Assembly: GCF_003704095.1 (NCBI RefSeq)
Contig: NW_020843631.1
Location: forward strand, 186,001 to 250,000
Reading direction: 5' to 3'
Source: Pocillopora damicornis
Lineage: Eukaryota
Length of the DNA: 64,000 nucleotides
The translations under genes were made by a program, and so were the position numbers. A model generated the notes under the pieces. The model searched no databases and was not told where the DNA came from. It was given only the letters and a program-made list of their open reading frames with translations. Positions 60,301-64,000 of the stretch are shown here, in pieces (position 1 is the first letter of the stretch; every line of letters starts with the position of its first letter).

Positions 60301-63300
60301 CAGCGAACCAGAGAGAATGTACGTACAGTGTAGCCTTGATACTGAAGTCTTTTATACAGACACGGCAGACTAGTTTTAAACTCTCTTTTAAGGCTTCTAC
60401 TGGGATCGCTACAAAGTCGAAGCTGCCTCACTATAATTTTTAGGTGTTAAACTTCGTTAAGGTATAGAAAAAAGGGAAATCTTTCTTGGAAATTAATTTT
60501 ACTGCAAGGCAAAGTTAAGAAATTCGGCTTGTCATTAGGTATGGTCACATACCTTGTTGACGTAGCGTTTTATCGAAGATTGTAAGTTAAGTAGAGAGGT
60601 TTTCTTCAACAATCTTACTCCAAATGTGTTCCTTGCGGTGCCTCCAAATAGCTTTTATATATTTTCTTGTACCATTGTTGAAGTTGGCAATTCTGACAAA
60701 CCTTATTACAGTTTAAGTGGTATGAAGCGACTATTCCTTTTGATGGGATCAACCCCAGATCTCTCCCTACCCCCCCTCCCCCCCTTCTCTCTCCCCCCTT
60801 CCTCTCCACCCCCGTCATTTCGTCACTTCGACTCCACGGTTAGAAGACACATTGTAACGGCTTTCGCATAACCTGTCAAATGATATTGTGTTAATTTTGG
60901 AAATTAAGTTGTAAAGATTTCAATTTTTCTTTTCATTAATTTTCTTTTTTTTTCTTCTCTTCTCTTTGTATGTTTTTCTTTTTCTATTCCTAAATCATTG
61001 CCTTATATAACAGTCCTCACATCAATTCCACGAAGTTTTATGTCAATAATGGTACCGAGGTGGTGTGGAGCAATAAGACTGTGAAGTGGACCTACAAGTA
61101 CTTGATATTTGCTGTGGATGGAGGTTCGCCAAAACGCGGTGATAGTATCCCTTTGAATATCACATTTGATGCTACTTGCGAAGCGACCGGAGCTGTGGTA
61201 GCTGATCCAGTCACCGGTGAGGTGTTCTTCAGAGCACCTGGGCTCACAGGATCTAAATACCGTAAGTACCTCACAATAAGTGTTATTATTAACAATTGTT
61301 CTATCAATGCGCGCCAGATATTGGATGCTAAATGGCTTCAATTATATTTTATTCAAAAAGTGCAAATTGAATTTTTTTTCCATTACTTTTGTCCTAATTT
61401 AGATTCCAAATACCCAAAATCTACCACAAACATTGCGAATAAACGCTCTGTTTAACCTGCCAAAAAACGGCTGTAATTGTGATCCTTGTTATATGAGCTC
61501 AAATGGCGCGGCCTGTAGACTGTTCAAAAACCAGGAATGACTATGTTTCACGGTCAACTGTTTGCCGTTATATGAATATGTGGCTCAGTGGCCTATCTTG
61601 CCAATGATCTCTATGTAGCAGATTTAGTAGCATACAGCATAATTAGCGTGACCTTAAACGAAAGTTAGCCAAAGTTAAGGGTTAGTTGTTCAAACCTAAA
61701 CCATATTTAGCTTCTTTACAAAAACTACACAGCCACCGCATTTTCAGCAGACAGCGGAATGGAAATATGTTTTTATTAAATTTTGCTGTTACGCGGCAAT
61801 TATGACATCTGTATATAAATATATTTTTTTTTCTTTTATATTCAACTTTTAGCTTTAAACTCCACGGATAAGCCGAGATGTCGCGGCTGCACTCATGGGT
61901 ATTTCTGTGTTGGAGATGGAACTGAAGAAAGATGTGGACTCGCTTCACCAACAGAATTCTCCTTTGGTTCCGCAGCGACTTGTTCACCTTGTCCCGAGGG
62001 ATGGGTAAGTGGGTCGAGTGGTGTAGTGTACTTATCTCTGGGGATGAGTGGGAGGGTTTTGGAGTGGGGTCTTTATCCTGTTTCGACCAAAACCTTTGAT
62101 TTTTCAAAAGCTTATTTAATTCTAAAAGCACCCACGATTTTCTCAAAAACCCGATAAGAATACCAGGAGGAACGTTAAGTTGAAAGGTGAAGTGTCGCAA
62201 TACTTCGTTGCTCGATAATCGAGAGCAACAAATATTAAGGTAATTTGGTTTTATCAACTGAGTTGGTAACGTAAATTGGCCACCGTAAAGAGTTTCAAAG
62301 CTGACGTTTCAAACGTTGGCCCTTCGTCAGATCGAAGCACCATATATTACATGAATTGTGCGTCCTTTTTTTCAGCTTTGTGTGAATGGTACCGCACTCC
62401 CCTGTCCAGAAAGTACACATGTCAAGTGCAATTCGACGGTGGGTATTCTATGAAGTACTGTTTTTACCATTGCGAAGTCAATGGATGGCATCAAACAAAC
62501 TAACCAGGGTCAAAATTGCTTGCGAACATCGAATGCGGTGAATATTTGGTTGAACTTCTTGTGGTGAGCTCAGTAGTGGATTGTTCATCGTGCTAAACTC
62601 AGAACTGAGCTCTAGCCTAACCGGTTTCGTTGCATCATGTTCTTGAACAAGATACTTTACTTTCAAATAATGTCTGTGTGACAGGAGTAAACAAAAGATA
62701 ACTGTTATGGAAACCAGCAAAAATTCAACCCAATCCTGGCGAGCGAGTCTTTATACGCCATTTGCTTCATTGCGATGAACCTCGTCTCAATTCAGCGGCT
62801 ACTACTTAGTCTGGTCTACGGATTTTAGTTTTTAATTAAATAAAAATCGTTTCTCTTTTCTTGGTAGTGGTGCCCCGAAAATTGCTTTGATTGTGAACCT
62901 GGCACAGTTTGCTTTGAGGGAAGGAAACAAGACTGTACACCAGGACGATACAGTGATGGAAAAGGTTGGTTCGATCTCGTGGTGGGAGTTTTGGAAGAGA
63001 GCCCACAATCATGACATTTTTCAAGTCTCCAAAAATTGCTTGGTAGATTTTGCAAACGTCTCCCTTTCAAGAAGAAAATGATCAAGACCGTTCATTTTTT
63101 GTCAAAAACTGATGAAAACGTCCAAGTCTTTAAATCTGAATACGGCTAGAATTGAGAGGCTCAGTTCGTCTCGTATCGTCTGCGCGTCCAATTGATTCAT
63201 GTGATGTATTATTATGGGAAATTTTAAACGATGGGAATGTCGGCGCGAAAATGTTAGCGAACTAACAGTAGCAGCTTGCACAGATAGCTTACACACTACC

Positions 63301-63521
63301 GGAACGAATTCCCTTTCTCTCTTCAGGATTTCCATGCACGCTTTGCCCTCCCGGTAGCTTCAACAACGCGACTCGTGCACAAACCTGTGAGTGTTGCGAG
63401 GATGGTTACAGCAGCACATATATGAAGACCAGTTGTCGGCCATGTCCTGCCAACGAGTGGGCAAAACATGGAAGCTTCCCAAACTGTTCCATGTGTCAGA
63501 CTTGTTTTAATTCTGAGGACT
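29466..63521 (+). CDS. Giant secreted/cell-surface mosaic protein: SP, LRRNT, ~36 LRR, LRRCT, FN3, fibro-slime/PA14, 2 cadherin-like repeats, Cys-rich repeats; 3'-partial, 54 exons, about 1899 aa in window
   Basis: Hand-spliced GT-AG exons, all in phase with no stops: 29466-29761, 32728-32793, 33142-33213, 33920-33985, 34364-34435, 34695-34763, 35068-35139, 35237-35320, 36137-36208, 36799-36870, 37411-37494, 37962-38045, 38452-38535, 39183-39263, 39907-39960, 40395-40466, 40598-40675, 41158-41235, 41950-42021, 42751-42816, 43337-43405, 44028-44099, 44214-44285, 44816-44887, 45265-45336, 45792-45890, 46428-46502, 46826-46894, 47569-47640, 47886-47960, 48632-48706, 49205-49273, 49596-49664, 49934-50005, 50831-50902, 51384-51455, 52049-52114, 52344-52415, 52718-52896, 53037-53170, 53961-54213, 54705-54771, 55233-55556, 55923-56092, 56363-56463, 57472-57636, 58135-58354, 58727-58872, 60143-60318, 61014-61261, 61853-62004, 62376-62438, 62868-62964, 63327-63521. 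Confidence 0.88.
30490..30980. mobile_element. Palindromic non-autonomous repeat in intron 1 of the LRR gene
   Basis: Inverted arms GGTAATTG...TGCAATTTGGGCTGAAAT...TGATTTCAAA / TTTGAAATCA...ATTTCAGACCAAAATTGCA...CAATTACC. A second pair TTTATTACATCCATTTTGAAATC / GATTTCAAAATGGGTGTAATAAA. Confidence 0.7.
33518..33654. mobile_element. 137-bp hairpin MITE
   Basis: GGATCAATACCAGTATCTAGGCAACTGCCCACCTACCCCTTCCCTAAC pairs with GTTAGGGGAGGGGTTGGTGGGCAGTTGCCCAGATATTGATATTGATCC. Confidence 0.8.
43613..43928. repeat. Tandem repeat, about 104 bp x 3
   Basis: TTTTAGGTCTGTATGGTTTATGTAGATAGACAGGGATGTATGTGGCTCG..ATCACTGATGTGCTTT occurs three times. Confidence 0.92.
48262..48372. repeat. (ATA)n microsatellite
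   Basis: Pure ATA run at about 48301-48345 with degenerate flanks. Confidence 0.95.
53670..53830 (+). mobile_element. Decayed tRNA-derived SINE-like fragment; related relics near 62570-62780 (+) and 25400-25535 (-)
   Basis: B-box-like GGTGTGAGTCCTGGCCGGGTCATTGT followed by GTGCCTCTCT. The relic at 62570-62780 shows TGTTCTTGAACAAGATACTTTAC. Family assignment is from memory of anthozoan SINEs. Confidence 0.45.
54705..57560 (+). other. Fibro-slime (PA14-superfamily) domain of the mosaic gene, spread over 5 exons
   Basis: LDITYYDF...DSFSNWFRS...FRHYNDKFFPVDGRGWG...RNYGFTAAIRTAFNFSGEEMLAFSGGEELWVFVDKTLVVQI...YRLDVFIAERFRCNSRI matches my recollection of the fibro-slime pattern FFP.D..G.G...N(F/Y).FT...F...G.E.F.F.GDDD.WVF....L...Y.LD.F.AER. 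Confidence 0.8.
59095..59190. repeat. (ATG/ATT/ATA)n low-complexity microsatellite
   Basis: GATGATTATGATGATTATGATGATTATGATAATA-type run. Confidence 0.8.
59383..60109. mobile_element. Non-autonomous hAT-like DNA transposon (727 bp) with 6-bp TSD
   Basis: TIRs CAGGGTTTTCATT / AATAAAAACCCTG (12 of 13 match), flanked by direct repeat GTTCTG at 59377-59382 and 60110-60115. Confidence 0.8.
61853..63521 (+). other. Cys-rich (ephrin-receptor-like/GCC2-GCC3-type) repeats of the mosaic gene
   Basis: CRGCTHGYFC, CSPCPEGWLC, CFDCEPGTVC, CTPGRYS, CTLCPPGSFNNATRAQTCECCEDGYSS, CRPCPANEW. Confidence 0.78.
62248..62336 (-). ncRNA. Short interspersed repeat carrying a minimal hammerhead-ribozyme-like motif (62301-62330); related copies near 56715-56900 (+) and 44608-44690 (+)
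   Basis: Minus strand reads CTGACGA-AGGGC-CAAC-GTTT-GAAA-CGTC-AG: CUGAnGA and GAAA cores with palindromic ACGU stem III. The downstream tail ACGGTGGCCAATTTACGTTA..AACTCAGTT is shared with the 56.8 kb copy. Confidence 0.5.
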
Positions 63522-64000
63522 GTGAGTGTGACTCTTTGTTTGTTAGTTCGCCGGGCTGTTTTGATATTTCTTGATTAATTACGAGATGTCACGGACTTAA
63601 AGCGGTATATCGCGGAGCCAAAGTTATGCACGACTCAGTGCAAACTACAGTGTGCAGGAGCATTCTTCGTTAAAATGCGATTTCGAGCTTTGACCTGTGG
63701 CGAACAAGACCTGTACACAGTGTTGGCGTATACAGCTGTATAATCGAAAAAAGAAACAAAAACCAAAAAAGGGTTATGATATCTTTTGAGTCACTAACTC
63801 GTTTCATCCCAGAAAAGTGACCGTGAGCTAGCATCTTTTACTCTTCTAAAAAGCAGGTTCGCCTAGTTTCTGCGATGCCTTTGGTTATATTTGTTATTCT
63901 CGTTAAATCTGTTCCATTGATCTCCAAATTTCGCCTTTCGCCTGTGTTCTATTCATAATATTGCCTTTACTCTTGGTCACAGTTTGTATCTTTGCTTTTT

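Larger units (their letters stand above)
57585..61170 (+). other. Two atypical cadherin repeats of the mosaic gene
   Basis: YLAAISENTHVG, ILEGNEQDRFEV, LDFE, VEDYNDHCP (DxNDxxP), ATDKDSGVNARITY (AxDxD), AVDGGSP. Confidence 0.82.

Overview
Eukaryotic, AT-rich, intron-rich animal DNA with several N gaps. The repeat families and gene content look like a scleractinian coral or other anthozoan (inference). Contents in order: (1) two tandem SLC15A4-like proton-coupled oligopeptide transporter genes (329-5538 intact; 12369-14942 with substitutions in key motifs and an earlier stop), plus a probable relic of a third paralog; (2) a repeat-rich spacer with a 60-bp minisatellite enclosed by 107-bp inverted repeats and an ~800-bp direct duplication; (3) an intron-poor gene for a beta-helix/Cys-rich/multi-TM surface protein (17113-21858) that has an in-frame TAA right after its signal peptide; (4) a MINDY1/2-like deubiquitinase on the minus strand (28549-23766) ending in a CaaX box; (5) head-to-head with it, a giant gene largely missed by the ORF track, which I reconstructed by hand as 54 in-phase exons (29466 to >63521, about 1,900 aa, continuing past the window). 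Its architecture is signal peptide, LRRNT, about 36 LRRs (mostly one per exon), LRRCT, FN3, a fibro-slime/PA14 domain, two atypical cadherin repeats and Cys-rich repeats. This mosaic protein is the most interesting object in the window. Introns also carry MITEs, a hAT-like element with a 6-bp TSD, SINE relics and minimal hammerhead-ribozyme-like motifs.
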